From: Gemmatimonadota bacterium
GTDB taxonomy: Bacteria; Gemmatimonadota; Gemmatimonadetes; Gemmatimonadales; GWC2-71-9
Length of the DNA: 64,000 nt
Assembly: GCA_039588295.1 (NCBI GenBank)
Contig: JBDHAB010000006.1
Coordinates: 32,001 to 96,000 of the forward strand
Direction: 5' to 3'
Below are positions 28,978 through 38,957 of this stretch, piece after piece. A model generated the notes under the pieces. That model worked only from the letters and a program-made list of their open reading frames with translations, was not told where the DNA came from and made no database searches. The translations under genes and the position numbers were made by a program. Within the stretch, counting starts at the first letter, position 1. Each line of letters opens with the position of its first letter.

Positions 28978-30936
28978 TTATCGTGGCTCGACCAAGAGAT
29001 AGCCCGCCATCTCGAGATGGAGCGCGGAGCAGAACTCCGTGCAGTAATACGGGTAGACGCCCGGCGCGTCGGCAACGAACGCCACCGTCTCCGATTCGCC
29101 CGGTTCCAGGCTCAGGTTGATGTTGTATTTTGCGATTCCAAATCCATGGGTGGCGTCGTGTGCCGTCTCGACACTGGTGATGTGAACGATGACACTGTCG
29201 CCCTCACGCACGCGTACCCGCTCGGGATTGAAGTGCGAGCGTATCGCGGTCATGTAGACGTGTACGGTGTTGCCTCGACGTTGGATTCGCTCTTGTCCAA
29301 GCTGCACCGCGTTGGCGGACGGCCCCATGGTTCCCGGGCTGTATCCGACCTGCGGGTACACCCGAAACGGCTGCAGTTTGTCGGTCTTGATCATCTGCGC
29401 GTAGTGCGGCTCCCCGATGCCGATGGGCATGTCGTAGAGCAGCTGCATCTTGTCGCCCGAGATGTCGATGAGCTGGAAGTTCTGCGGCAGGAGCGGCCCC
29501 ACATCGTTGAAGCGGTCGAGCGACCACTTATCCATCGCGATGAGGTACTTGCCGTCAGGCGACTTGGTGTCGCCCTCCGCCGTGGCAAGGTGGCCGACGT
29601 TGTAGTGCACGCCGATCGTGTCCAGCCACTGGAGCGGATTGAGGCTCCACTTCGTGACTTTGGTGTCGAGGAAGATGGACGTGTAGGCGTTCCCCTTGTC
29701 GTCGAACTGGGTGTGTAACGGTCCCAGGCCTACCTCGAGCTGACCGTCGAGCACCGAGGCGAAGTCGAGGATCGGCACACCGTACGCGTCGTTGCCGCTG
29801 AAGACCTGATTCTCGATTGCCTGCTGGATCTTCTCCCACGAGTAGACGGTGACGTGGGGATCGAGCTTCCCGGATACGACGATGAAGCGGCCGTCTGGCG
29901 TCACGTCGGCACCGTGTGGGCTCTTGGGTTCCGGAATGAAGAAGAGAATCCCCTCGTCGATCGCCGTCTGGAGCGGAATCACCCGCTGGCCGCGTGCCAT
30001 CCGAGTGTTGCCGGCGGTGGCCGCAATCTCTGCCGCCTTCTGCCAGTTGATGACGTGCATGTAGTCCATGTCATTGGCGGACGCACCGGCCTCGAACGCG
30101 GGGTTCCCGCTCTCGATGCCCCCGGTGGCCATTTCGGTATTGAACGAATTGAGGAACGCCCATCCGAAGGACGGTCCCTTGCCGGCATCGGAGAGATCGT
30201 GCCAGTACGGGGGAAGCTCGATCGAGAACGACGCGGCCTCGTCGATTCGCCCGCGGTCGCGGTCGAACTTCCACATCGTGATCAGCCCTCGATAGTCCTG
30301 CTCGTACCGATCGAGTTCGGCATAGTCGACCCACAGCGGCACCGAGTACTGCGCGCCCTCGATCACGTACTCGGTGTTGGGTGTGACGAAGGCTCCACCG
30401 TGGTTGGTGCCCATGTTCGGATTGGTCACGATCTGCTTGGTCTCGAAGTCCCGCAGATCGATGACCGCGATGCGCGGATTGGCCTTGTCGTTGATGAACA
30501 GGAACTGACCGTCGTAGTCCGCGTCGGTCTCGGACAGGGCAGGATGGTGCGTATCACCCCAGGTGATCTCATGGCCAGCCATGCGTCCGCTCGCCATGAG
30601 CTCCTTGTGCTCCTCGGCGCCGTACCCGTATCCCTGCCAAGGCTCCGGTGTGAACGCCGCGATCACCTTGAGCAGGCGCATGGAGGGAACCCCGATGACC
30701 AGGACTTGGCCCGAGTGTCCGCCAGACGAGAACAACATGTACTCGTCCATCTGGCCTGTCGGCTGATAGGTTTTGAGTGCGGCCACCATGTCCGCGTCGG
30801 TCAGGCCTCGATTCCGGGCGATGGAGCCGAGATCGGCGCTGCCTCCCGGCGTGGCGCAGGATCCCATCCCGGCAACGATGACCACAGTGATGGCTACGGT
30901 GAGGGCGAGTCCCCACCCCAATCTCTTGGATTGCAT
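28978..30936 (-). CDS. nosZ: clade II (Sec-exported) nitrous oxide reductase
   Basis: FSSGGHSGQ; CuZ His motifs GDTHHP, NHGG, SPHG, GPLHT, VGH, EPH; CuA motif YCTEFCSALHLEM. No twin-Arg signal; MGSC lipobox-like signal. Confidence 0.97.
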   Translation of the reverse strand: MQSKRLGWGLALTVAITVVIVAGMGSCATPGGSADLGSIARNRGLTDADMVAALKTYQPTGQMDEYMLFSSGGHSGQVLVIGVPSMRLLKVIAAFTPEPWQGYGYGAEEHKELMASGRMAGHEITWGDTHHPALSETDADYDGQFLFINDKANPRIAVIDLRDFETKQIVTNPNMGTNHGGAFVTPNTEYVIEGAQYSVPLWVDYAELDRYEQDYRGLITMWKFDRDRGRIDEAASFSIELPPYWHDLSDAGKGPSFGWAFLNSFNTEMATGGIESGNPAFEAGASANDMDYMHVINWQKAAEIAATAGNTRMARGQRVIPLQTAIDEGILFFIPEPKSPHGADVTPDGRFIVVSGKLDPHVTVYSWEKIQQAIENQVFSGNDAYGVPILDFASVLDGQLEVGLGPLHTQFDDKGNAYTSIFLDTKVTKWSLNPLQWLDTIGVHYNVGHLATAEGDTKSPDGKYLIAMDKWSLDRFNDVGPLLPQNFQLIDISGDKMQLLYDMPIGIGEPHYAQMIKTDKLQPFRVYPQVGYSPGTMGPSANAVQLGQERIQRRGNTVHVYMTAIRSHFNPERVRVREGDSVIVHITSVETAHDATHGFGIAKYNINLSLEPGESETVAFVADAPGVYPYYCTEFCSALHLEMAGYLLVEPR

Positions 30937-30970
30937 GCTAAGGAACTCCTGAGTTGGTGACAGCTGAGAC

Positions 30971-31011
30971 TTGCACGGGATGATAATACGATATTATCAT
31001 GTGTATGTCAG
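30971..31011. promoter_or_regulatory. divergent nosZ/rrf2 promoters overlapped by a perfect 9-3-9 palindrome (30980-31000)
   Basis: ATGATAATA-CGA-TATTATCAT. Minus strand CTGACA-17-TATTAT (31011-31006, 30988-30983). Plus strand TTGCAC-18-TATCAT (30971-76, 30995-31000). Confidence 0.75.
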
Positions 31012-31063
31012 AATATAGCGGTGGTCGCTCCGCCTGCAACCCCTAAGTCGAGGCATCACACGG

Positions 31064-31492
31064 ATGCTGTCCGGTACCGCCCAATACGCCCTTCGAGCGG
31101 TAGTCTGCCTGGCCCGGCAGCCTCGGGAGAGTACGGTAACCGCGACAGATCTGGCCAACGCAGTGGATGTTCCCAGGAATTACCTGGGGAAGATCCTGCA
31201 CGAGCTGGTTCGAGCAGGCATCCTCATGTCGTTGCGAGGCAAGCACGGTGGGTTCCAGCTCGCGATGGGGTCGGAGGACCTCCCACTCATCCGCATCGTG
31301 TCGCTGTTCGACGAGATCGGTGAGCAGCGTACGTGCCTCCTCGGGCGGGCAGAGTGCTCCGACCGTGACCCATGTCCCATGCACGGCCGGTGGAAGGCGA
31401 CGGCGGAGGAGATCACCAACTTCTTCGGCCACACCACGATTGCGGATGTGCTTGGCCAACCCGACCCGAGCGGACGCCGGAGTGGCGTATGA
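31064..31492 (+). CDS. Rrf2-family transcriptional regulator with Fe-S ligands
   Basis: YALRA, YLGKIL, S.RGKHGGFQL, CLLGRAECSDRDPCPMH (3 Cys + His). Confidence 0.92.
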   Translation: MLSGTAQYALRAVVCLARQPRESTVTATDLANAVDVPRNYLGKILHELVRAGILMSLRGKHGGFQLAMGSEDLPLIRIVSLFDEIGEQRTCLLGRAECSDRDPCPMHGRWKATAEEITNFFGHTTIADVLGQPDPSGRRSGV

Positions 31493-31818
31493 AGAGCAGG
31501 GACGGCAGCGCCGGCAGCGTCGTGCGACTCGGCGAGCTCGTTGACTACCAAGCTGGGGCCATCGTCAGCAAGATCCTTCTCAAGACTGCCGCGGGTTCGG
31601 TCACGTGCTTCGCCTTCGACCAGGATCAGGGTCTCAGCGAACACACGGTTCCGCATGACGCGTTGGTCTACATGCTGGACGGAGAGGCAGATGTCACCGT
31701 CTCCGGTGTGGTCCATCATCTCGTGGAGGGCGATGGACTCGTCATGCCGGCCAACCAACCGCACGCCCTGCATGCCGACACACGCTTCAAAATGGTGCTG
31801 ACCATCTTGCACGCTTGA
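31489..31818 (+). CDS. cupin domain protein
   Basis: GAIVSK, FAFDQDQGLSEHT, MPANQPHAL; ATGA overlap with rrf2. Confidence 0.85.
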   Translation: MKSRDGSAGSVVRLGELVDYQAGAIVSKILLKTAAGSVTCFAFDQDQGLSEHTVPHDALVYMLDGEADVTVSGVVHHLVEGDGLVMPANQPHALHADTRFKMVLTILHA

Positions 31819-31878
31819 TCGCGGGCCGCGGGAACTCCACCCGTGGCTCGGCGGTTCACTGGCGGGAAAGAAGGTCAC

Positions 31879-32283
31879 ATGGTCCGTGGGCAGATCCAGT
31901 TCACCGAGGGGCTGCTGCGGCTGCCCATTCGGATTCAACTCTGGCTGCTGCTCCTCGGCGGCATCAATCTCGTCGTGCCGCTCTTCTTTCTCGATCGCCT
32001 GGAAGCCAGGCTCACGCTCGGCGCGTTTCTGGTGGCCATGACGCTGATGGCCCTCCTCACGCAGCGCTGGGGCTTCACCCGCATCCTGGGACTGGGCCAC
32101 GTCGTGTGGTTCGCGCTGCTCCCCTTCCTGTGGACCCGGCTCGATACCGACTTACCCAACGACCTCTTCGGAATCTGGATCCGGGCCGTGCTCATCCTGA
32201 ACGCCATCTCACTGGCGTTCGATGTGGCCGACGTCGTCCGCTACGCTCGCGGCGATCGAGCGAAGCTGGTAGCCGGGCTCTAG
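31879..32283 (+). CDS. small 4-TM membrane protein
   Basis: Four hydrophobic segments, GFTRILGLGH motif. Confidence 0.65.
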   Translation: MVRGQIQFTEGLLRLPIRIQLWLLLLGGINLVVPLFFLDRLEARLTLGAFLVAMTLMALLTQRWGFTRILGLGHVVWFALLPFLWTRLDTDLPNDLFGIWIRAVLILNAISLAFDVADVVRYARGDRAKLVAGL

Positions 32284-32311
32284 CCTCCCAGTCCTCTCCT
32301 CCCGTATCCTC

Positions 32312-34693
32312 TCACGGCAGGTGGAACAACCGAGCGACCACCCCGGCCCCCGTTGCACCCGCGTGCGCGAACCCAAGATGCAGTGACTGCCCGCCGCCGG
32401 TCTGAAAGAACTGCACCGTGATCGGGTGGTACCCGGCGGCAAGCCCGATCATCCCCGACTTTTCGCTGGTCCCATGCAACCCGTCGTGGTCGACAACCAT
32501 CTCATCGCCGATGAGCAGTCTGCTCCCGTCGTCGGACGACAGGAAGAACGTGTAGATCCCGTCAACGGGTACGAAGACGTACCCGTTGAAGACCAGGCCG
32601 AAGTTCTCCTCCCGAGCGAAGCCTTGGATCTCAACGTCCGCGGCGACTCCCTCACTGACTGGACGCATGTCTGCCAGCTGTTCGACTGACCTCACCCGGC
32701 CGTCGTACTCGTAGTAGGCATACCGCAAGCCTGTCTCGACGGGTTCGTCCAGCGTGGTGGCCGCACGAAGCGTGGTCTTTCTGAAGGTGGCGCTCCTGGG
32801 AGCACCGGCTCGTCCGTTGGGGAGGAACAGACGCGCGGTGACCGTTACGCCCGTTTCGTTCACCGGGAGTCGGATCGACCCCGTGTATCGCGGCGCCGTC
32901 GGGTTCGGGTCCGTCCCATCGGTGGTGTAATGAATGCGCCCGTCGCTCATGAGGGACTTGAGCGTCACCGTGATTTCATCGTCGAGCGTGAGTGCGTCCT
33001 CCTCCAGCCCGGCGACGTTGGGAATGCGGTAGCGCACGCCGAGGCCGTCGAGTCTCTGGAAGTGGGCCGGGAGGCGATTGGTGAAATGCTCCCAATCGCG
33101 GTGCCCTTTGGCGGACCACACGACCTCCGACAGCGCGAGGAGTCGCGGCGCGACCATGTACTCGACGTAGTCGGTTGTGGTCATGTACTCGGTCCAGACG
33201 TTGCCCTGCGCACCGAGCACGTGAACGGCCTCGTCCTCGGTGAGCGCCTCCGGGACGGGCTCGAAGGCGTACACATGCTCGAGCGGACTGTAGCCCCCGA
33301 TGGCGAGGGGCTCGAACTCGGGATCGCCCTGATAGTAGTCAAAGTACACGTGACTCGTTGGAGTCATGATGACATCGTGGCCCTGTCTCGCGGCATCGAT
33401 GCCGCCTTCCATGCCCCGCCACGACATCACGGTCGCCTCGGGCGCGAGCCCACCCTCGAGGATCTCGTCCCAGCCAATCAGCCGCCGCCCGTTCGACAAT
33501 AAGAACCGCTCGATTCGTCCAATGAAGTAGCTCTGGAGCTCGTGTTCGTCGGCGAGCCCCTCACGCCTGATCAGCTCCTGTGCAACCTCGCTTGCTTCCC
33601 AGCGGCTCTTCGGTGCCTCGTCGCCACCGATATGGACGTACGTACCCGGGAACAGCTCGATGACCTCCGTGAGGACATCCTCGAGGAACGCGAACGTCTC
33701 TTCTTTGGGGCAGTAGATGTCTTGGGTCACGCCCCACCTGGTGGAAACTTCGAAGGGGCCCTCGGTGCAGGCCAATTCCGGGTACGCTGCCAGCGCGGCA
33801 ACGGAGTGTCCGGGCATCTCGATCTCGGGGATCACCGTGACGTAGCGTCGCAGTGCGTGGTCCACGACTTCCCGGATTTCCTCCTGCGTGTAGAACCCGC
33901 AGTAGGGTATTCCATCGCCGACGAACGGATCGAAGTTCTTCTCGACGATCGTCTCCTTGCGGCAGGAGCCGATCTCAGTGAGCCGGGGGTACTTCTCGAT
34001 CTCGATCCGCCATCCCTGGTCTTCGGTGAGATGCCAGTGGAAGGTGTTCATCTTGTACATGGCAAGCAGGTCGATGTACTTCTTGACGAATTCGACGGGG
34101 AAGAAGTGGCGGCCGACGTCGAGGTGCATGCCGCGGTAGCTGAAGCGAGGGATGTCCAGAATCTCGACTGCCGGGATGCCGCGCGCCGCAGCGGCGGCGC
34201 CGACCTCCGGTGGCAGCAGTTGACGCAGCGTTTGTAACCCGTAGAAGAGCCCGGCCCCGGTGGGTGCGGAGACCATGATGGACTGTGGCGTCACCTCCAA
34301 CACGTACTGCTCGGGGTGGGCCCGGGTCTCGCCTTTCCAGAGGAGGAGCGCCACGCTGCCAGGTATGGGCTGCGTGACCGGGTCGGATGCGACATCCAGA
34401 CGGACGTCCCATTCGTCAGCGAGCAGCGTGGCGGTGTAGGCAGCGAGTTCGCGGAGTCCCGGGTCCTCCGGGTCAGACAGGACGATGCTCGAGAGCGTGG
34501 CGAGCGGTAGTGTGCCCCGGGCCGGCGCGACCTCGGCGGGCCATGGAACAAGGTGCAAATCCTCGATGCTGGTCATGGCTCCGGTCGCTTCCGGTGTGGG
34601 CGGTGGCGCCGGGTCCACGTCGGTGGTTCGAGCGCTGCACGCAGTGATCAGGGCGAGCAACGTCGCGCCGGCCAGATGGTCCATTCCACGCAT
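32312..34693 (-). CDS. GH20 beta-N-acetylhexosaminidase lipoprotein with Fn3-like and PA14 domains
   Basis: LITAC lipobox, YRGMHLDVGRHF, HWHLTEDQGWR, HIGGDEA, YTTDGTDP, SDDGSRL. Confidence 0.93.
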   Translation of the reverse strand: MRGMDHLAGATLLALITACSARTTDVDPAPPPTPEATGAMTSIEDLHLVPWPAEVAPARGTLPLATLSSIVLSDPEDPGLRELAAYTATLLADEWDVRLDVASDPVTQPIPGSVALLLWKGETRAHPEQYVLEVTPQSIMVSAPTGAGLFYGLQTLRQLLPPEVGAAAAARGIPAVEILDIPRFSYRGMHLDVGRHFFPVEFVKKYIDLLAMYKMNTFHWHLTEDQGWRIEIEKYPRLTEIGSCRKETIVEKNFDPFVGDGIPYCGFYTQEEIREVVDHALRRYVTVIPEIEMPGHSVAALAAYPELACTEGPFEVSTRWGVTQDIYCPKEETFAFLEDVLTEVIELFPGTYVHIGGDEAPKSRWEASEVAQELIRREGLADEHELQSYFIGRIERFLLSNGRRLIGWDEILEGGLAPEATVMSWRGMEGGIDAARQGHDVIMTPTSHVYFDYYQGDPEFEPLAIGGYSPLEHVYAFEPVPEALTEDEAVHVLGAQGNVWTEYMTTTDYVEYMVAPRLLALSEVVWSAKGHRDWEHFTNRLPAHFQRLDGLGVRYRIPNVAGLEEDALTLDDEITVTLKSLMSDGRIHYTTDGTDPNPTAPRYTGSIRLPVNETGVTVTARLFLPNGRAGAPRSATFRKTTLRAATTLDEPVETGLRYAYYEYDGRVRSVEQLADMRPVSEGVAADVEIQGFAREENFGLVFNGYVFVPVDGIYTFFLSSDDGSRLLIGDEMVVDHDGLHGTSEKSGMIGLAAGYHPITVQFFQTGGGQSLHLGFAHAGATGAGVVARLFHLP

Positions 34694-34893
34694 CGTCTCT
34701 TCTCCTCAGAGGGTCAGGGCGGCTCGGGGAATTCTACTGCCTTGCCGGCGTCTGCACAGGGTCGGCGCTGAGGGGCGGCGCTGCCTGCGGCAGCCGTGGG
34801 GCCGCCCTCGAGTGCCGAACGCGCTATCTTCCATCCTCGTCCGAGGCCGGTCGTCGACCGCGCCCCCGACCGGTGACCCTCGAGCTCCAACGC

Positions 34894-37800
34894 ATGAGCC
34901 TACTGCACCGCTACCGCCACCCAGGACTCACCGACACCAAGAAGGATGCCCTGCTGCAGACCGCTCGACAGCGGGTGAGCCGAAGCATCCGTGATCTCGA
35001 CACCGAGGTGTGCTTCAACCTCGACGTGACGGGCGCACTCTCGGTGGAGGAGGAGCGGGCCCTCACGTGGCTGCTGGCGGAAACGTTCGAGCCAGACGGG
35101 TTCGGTGAGCAGTCATTCCTGCGAGGGGACGGTGTGGTGGTCGAGGTAGGTCCACGGATGAACTTCACCACGGCGTGGTCCACGAACGCCGTCGCCATCT
35201 GCCATGCCTGCGGGCTCACAGCGATCCGGCGGATCGAGCGGTCGCGCCGGTTCTTGATTCTCGCTGGCGACGACCTCGACGAAGAGAAGGTCCGGGCATT
35301 GCTGGCGCTGGTGCACGACCGGATGACCGAGTGCCGGTATCCCGAGCCGCTCGCGACGTTCGCGACCGGTGTTGAACCGGAGCCTGTGTTTGCGGTACCG
35401 GTGTTGGAGCAGGGAAGGGGTGCGCTGGAGCGAATCAACCACGAGCTGGGGCTTGCGTTCGACGAGTGGGACCTCGATTACTACACCGATCTGTTTGCAA
35501 ATCGGATTGGCCGCAATCCGACCAATGTCGAGTGCTTCGACGTGGCGCAGTCCAACAGTGAGCACTCGAGGCATTGGTTCTTCAAGGGGCGGTTGGTCAT
35601 CGATGGAGCGGCGATTCCGCACCACCTGATCGCCCTCATCAAGGGCACGTTGGACGCGAATCCCAACAACAGCATCATCGCGTTCCGAGACAACTCGAGC
35701 GCCATCCGGGGTTACTCGATCTCCACGATCGTCCCTGCGGTGACGGGTCGGCCATCTCCGTTCGTCGCAACGGAGGCGCTGTATCACGCCATCTTCACGG
35801 CCGAGACCCACAACTTCCCGTCGGGGGTGGCGCCGTTCCCCGGCGCTGAGACGGGGACGGGCGGACGCATTCGGGATGTACACGCCACCGGACGCGGCTC
35901 GTTGGTGGTGGCGGGTACCGCGGCATACTGTGTTGGCAATCTCCGCATTCCCGGCTACGAGCTGCCGTGGGAACGCAAGGACTTCGAGTACCCCGGCAAC
36001 CTCGCCTCTCCGCTCGAGATCGAAATCCAGGCGTCGAACGGCGCGTCGGACTACGGGAACAAGTTCGGCGAGCCCGTCCTCCAGGGATACACCCGTGCGT
36101 TCGGGTTACGCTTGCCCAACGGTGAGCGCCGCGAGTGGATCAAGCCGATCATGTTCAGTGGCGGTATCGGTCAGATCGATGCACGCCATGTGGAGAAGGG
36201 TGCACCCGCGCGCGGCATGCTTGTCGTCAAGCTGGGTGGTCCGGCCTATCGGATTGGCATGGGGGGTGGGGCGGCGTCGAGCATGGTCCAGGGAGAGAAC
36301 GTCGCCGAGCTCGATTTCAACGCCGTGCAACGGGGTGACGCGGAGATGGAGCAGAAGGTGAACCGCGTGATTCGGGCGTGCGTCGAACTCGGAGACGATA
36401 ATCCGGTCGTCAGCATTCACGACCAAGGCGCAGGTGGGAACTGTAACGTCCTCAAAGAGATCGTGAGCCCGGCCGGGGCCACGATCGAGGTGCGTGCAAT
36501 CCCGCTGGGCGACGATTCCCTCTCCGTACTCGAGATCTGGGGCGCCGAGTATCAGGAGAACGACGCGCTACTCATTCATGAGGATCGAGCGACGGCATTC
36601 GGTGCCCTGTGCGAGCGGGAGAACGTACCGTTCGCCGTCGTCGGGCGGGTGACGGGTGACGGCAAGATCGTCTTGCGGGATGCAACGGATGGCTCAACTC
36701 CGGTCAACTTCGAGTTAGAGGCCGTGCTCGGCGACATGCCGCAGAAGACGTTCGTGCTCGAGCGACTGCCCGTGCGACTCGCACCCTTACGGCTCCCCAC
36801 GGCGCTCACAGTGGCCGACGCCCTCGATCGTGTGCTACGGCTGCTCACGGTGGGGTCCAAGCGGTTTCTCACGACAAAGGTCGATCGGTGCGTCACCGGG
36901 CTCCAGGCCCGGCAGCAGTGCTGTGGTCCCCTTCAGCTCACCGTGGCGGACGTTGCCGTGATCGCGCAGAGCCACTTCGGAGTCACGGGTGCCGCAACGG
37001 CGATCGGGGAACAGCCGATCAAGGGACTCATCAACCCCGCGGCCATGGCACGGATGTCGGTAGGTGAAACGCTCACGAACCTCGTGTGGGCGAACGTCAG
37101 TGCGCTCGAGGATGTGAAGTGTTCGGCCAACTGGATGTGGGCAGCGAAGCTCCCCGGTGAGGGTGCCGCGCTCTACGACGCCGCTCAGTCGCTCCACGAC
37201 ATGCTGATTCACCTCGGCATCGCGATCGACGGAGGCAAGGACAGCCTCTCGATGGCGGCGCTCGCACCGGACGGACACGGTGGGAGTGAAACGGTCAAGG
37301 CCCCTGGGAGTCTCGTGATATCGGCGTACGCCACATGTCCCGACGTCACCAAGACGGTGACTCCGGATCTCAAGCGGCCGGACAGCGGGCGCCTCCTCTA
37401 TGTGGACTTGGGCGGCGGGCACTATCGCCTCGGCGGTTCCGCGTTGGCGCAGGTCTATGAGCAGGTAGGTGACAGGTCGCCGGACGTCGACAATCCCGCA
37501 CTGCTGGAGCGAGCGTTCAATGTTGTGCAGACACTGATCGAGGATGGCGTGATTGTGGCCGGCCATGACCGGAGCGACGGTGGGCTCGTCACGACCCTAC
37601 TCGAGATGGCGTTTGCCGGTGATTGCGGGATCGAGGTGGACCTCCCGGCCTCCGGGGCCACCCCCATCGGAACCATGTTTGCGGAGGAGCTGGGACTGGT
37701 GATGGAGGTGGATTCCGCCGACGAGCGGCCCGTGCTCGAGGCGTTTGATCGGGCCGACGTCCCGTGCGTCTCCGTGGGATCCGTCGTTCGCGACAAGCAC

Positions 37801-38817
37801 ATCCGTATTCGCATCGGCCCCGAGATCGTCGTCGACGCGGATATGCGCGACCTGCGCGACCTCTGGGAGGCTACCAGCTTCGAGCTGGACGCGTTGCAGG
37901 CCAGTCCCAAATGCGTCGCGCAGGAGCGTGCGGGGCTGCGCGAACGCCAGGCTCCTCCGTATTCGATTCCGTTCGTGCCCACACCCACGGCACCTGCGAT
38001 CATCGAGTCATCGACTAAAACCAAGGTCGCGATTATCCGCGAAGAGGGCTCGAACGGTGACCGTGAGATGGCGTCTGCGTTCTCTGCGGCCGGCCTCGAG
38101 CCATGGGACGTGATGATGTCCGACTTGCTGCGGGGACGGATCGACCTCGAACGGTTCCGCGGTGCGGTGTTCGTCGGTGGGTTCAGTTTCGCAGATGTCA
38201 TGGACTCGGCGAAGGGGTGGGCGGGCGTCATTCGCTTCAATCGGGTTCTCTGGCACCAGTTCCAGGACTTCTACCAGCGGCCCGATACGTTCAGTCTCGG
38301 CGTGTGCAACGGCTGCCAGCTCATGGCACTCCTTGGCTGGGTACCGTGGCAGGGGCTCGATGACGCGCGCCAGCCACGATTCATTCAGAACGCTTCAGGT
38401 CGCTTCGAGTCACGGTTTGCGACCGTTGCCATTCAGGAGAGTCCTGCCGTCATGCTCAAGGGGATGGCGGGTGCCACCCTCGGTGTCTGGGTGGCCCACG
38501 GCGAAGGTCGTGCCTATTTCCCGGACACCGAAATTCTCCGCCGCATCGATGTAGAGCGTCTCGCCCCCGTGCGCTTCGTCGACGACGCCGGACAGGTCAC
38601 CGAGGCCTATCCCTTCAATCCGAACGGCTCTCCGCTGGGCATCACTGGCCTCTGTTCACCGGACGGCCGCCACCTCGTCATGATGCCCCATCCGGAGCGG
38701 ACATTCCTCAAGTGGCAGTGGGGTTGGATGCCCGAGGCGTGGAAGCGCGATCTCGAGGCCGCCCCGTGGCTTCAGATGTTCCAGAATGCCCGGGAGTGGT
38801 GCGAGGGACGTCAGTAG
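34894..38817 (+). CDS. purL: phosphoribosylformylglycinamidine synthase, large single-chain type
   Basis: NSEHSRH, AETHNFP, GAETGTGGRIRD, HDQGAGG, DGGKDSLSM; fused glutaminase domain GVCNGCQ and MMPHPER. Confidence 0.96.
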   Translation: MSLLHRYRHPGLTDTKKDALLQTARQRVSRSIRDLDTEVCFNLDVTGALSVEEERALTWLLAETFEPDGFGEQSFLRGDGVVVEVGPRMNFTTAWSTNAVAICHACGLTAIRRIERSRRFLILAGDDLDEEKVRALLALVHDRMTECRYPEPLATFATGVEPEPVFAVPVLEQGRGALERINHELGLAFDEWDLDYYTDLFANRIGRNPTNVECFDVAQSNSEHSRHWFFKGRLVIDGAAIPHHLIALIKGTLDANPNNSIIAFRDNSSAIRGYSISTIVPAVTGRPSPFVATEALYHAIFTAETHNFPSGVAPFPGAETGTGGRIRDVHATGRGSLVVAGTAAYCVGNLRIPGYELPWERKDFEYPGNLASPLEIEIQASNGASDYGNKFGEPVLQGYTRAFGLRLPNGERREWIKPIMFSGGIGQIDARHVEKGAPARGMLVVKLGGPAYRIGMGGGAASSMVQGENVAELDFNAVQRGDAEMEQKVNRVIRACVELGDDNPVVSIHDQGAGGNCNVLKEIVSPAGATIEVRAIPLGDDSLSVLEIWGAEYQENDALLIHEDRATAFGALCERENVPFAVVGRVTGDGKIVLRDATDGSTPVNFELEAVLGDMPQKTFVLERLPVRLAPLRLPTALTVADALDRVLRLLTVGSKRFLTTKVDRCVTGLQARQQCCGPLQLTVADVAVIAQSHFGVTGAATAIGEQPIKGLINPAAMARMSVGETLTNLVWANVSALEDVKCSANWMWAAKLPGEGAALYDAAQSLHDMLIHLGIAIDGGKDSLSMAALAPDGHGGSETVKAPGSLVISAYATCPDVTKTVTPDLKRPDSGRLLYVDLGGGHYRLGGSALAQVYEQVGDRSPDVDNPALLERAFNVVQTLIEDGVIVAGHDRSDGGLVTTLLEMAFAGDCGIEVDLPASGATPIGTMFAEELGLVMEVDSADERPVLEAFDRADVPCVSVGSVVRDKHIRIRIGPEIVVDADMRDLRDLWEATSFELDALQASPKCVAQERAGLRERQAPPYSIPFVPTPTAPAIIESSTKTKVAIIREEGSNGDREMASAFSAAGLEPWDVMMSDLLRGRIDLERFRGAVFVGGFSFADVMDSAKGWAGVIRFNRVLWHQFQDFYQRPDTFSLGVCNGCQLMALLGWVPWQGLDDARQPRFIQNASGRFESRFATVAIQESPAVMLKGMAGATLGVWVAHGEGRAYFPDTEILRRIDVERLAPVRFVDDAGQVTEAYPFNPNGSPLGITGLCSPDGRHLVMMPHPERTFLKWQWGWMPEAWKRDLEAAPWLQMFQNAREWCEGRQ

Positions 38818-38957
38818 TCGACCGGCCACGCACAAACGCTTGCCCTGGTTACAGATCCATCCAACGGAACGGCCGTTGCGGCGAGCGGGATTCCGATCCA
38901 ATTTATCGTACTTCCCGCGAGCGGATTGGAGCGGGTCACTCATTCTCCGGCAGGCCT

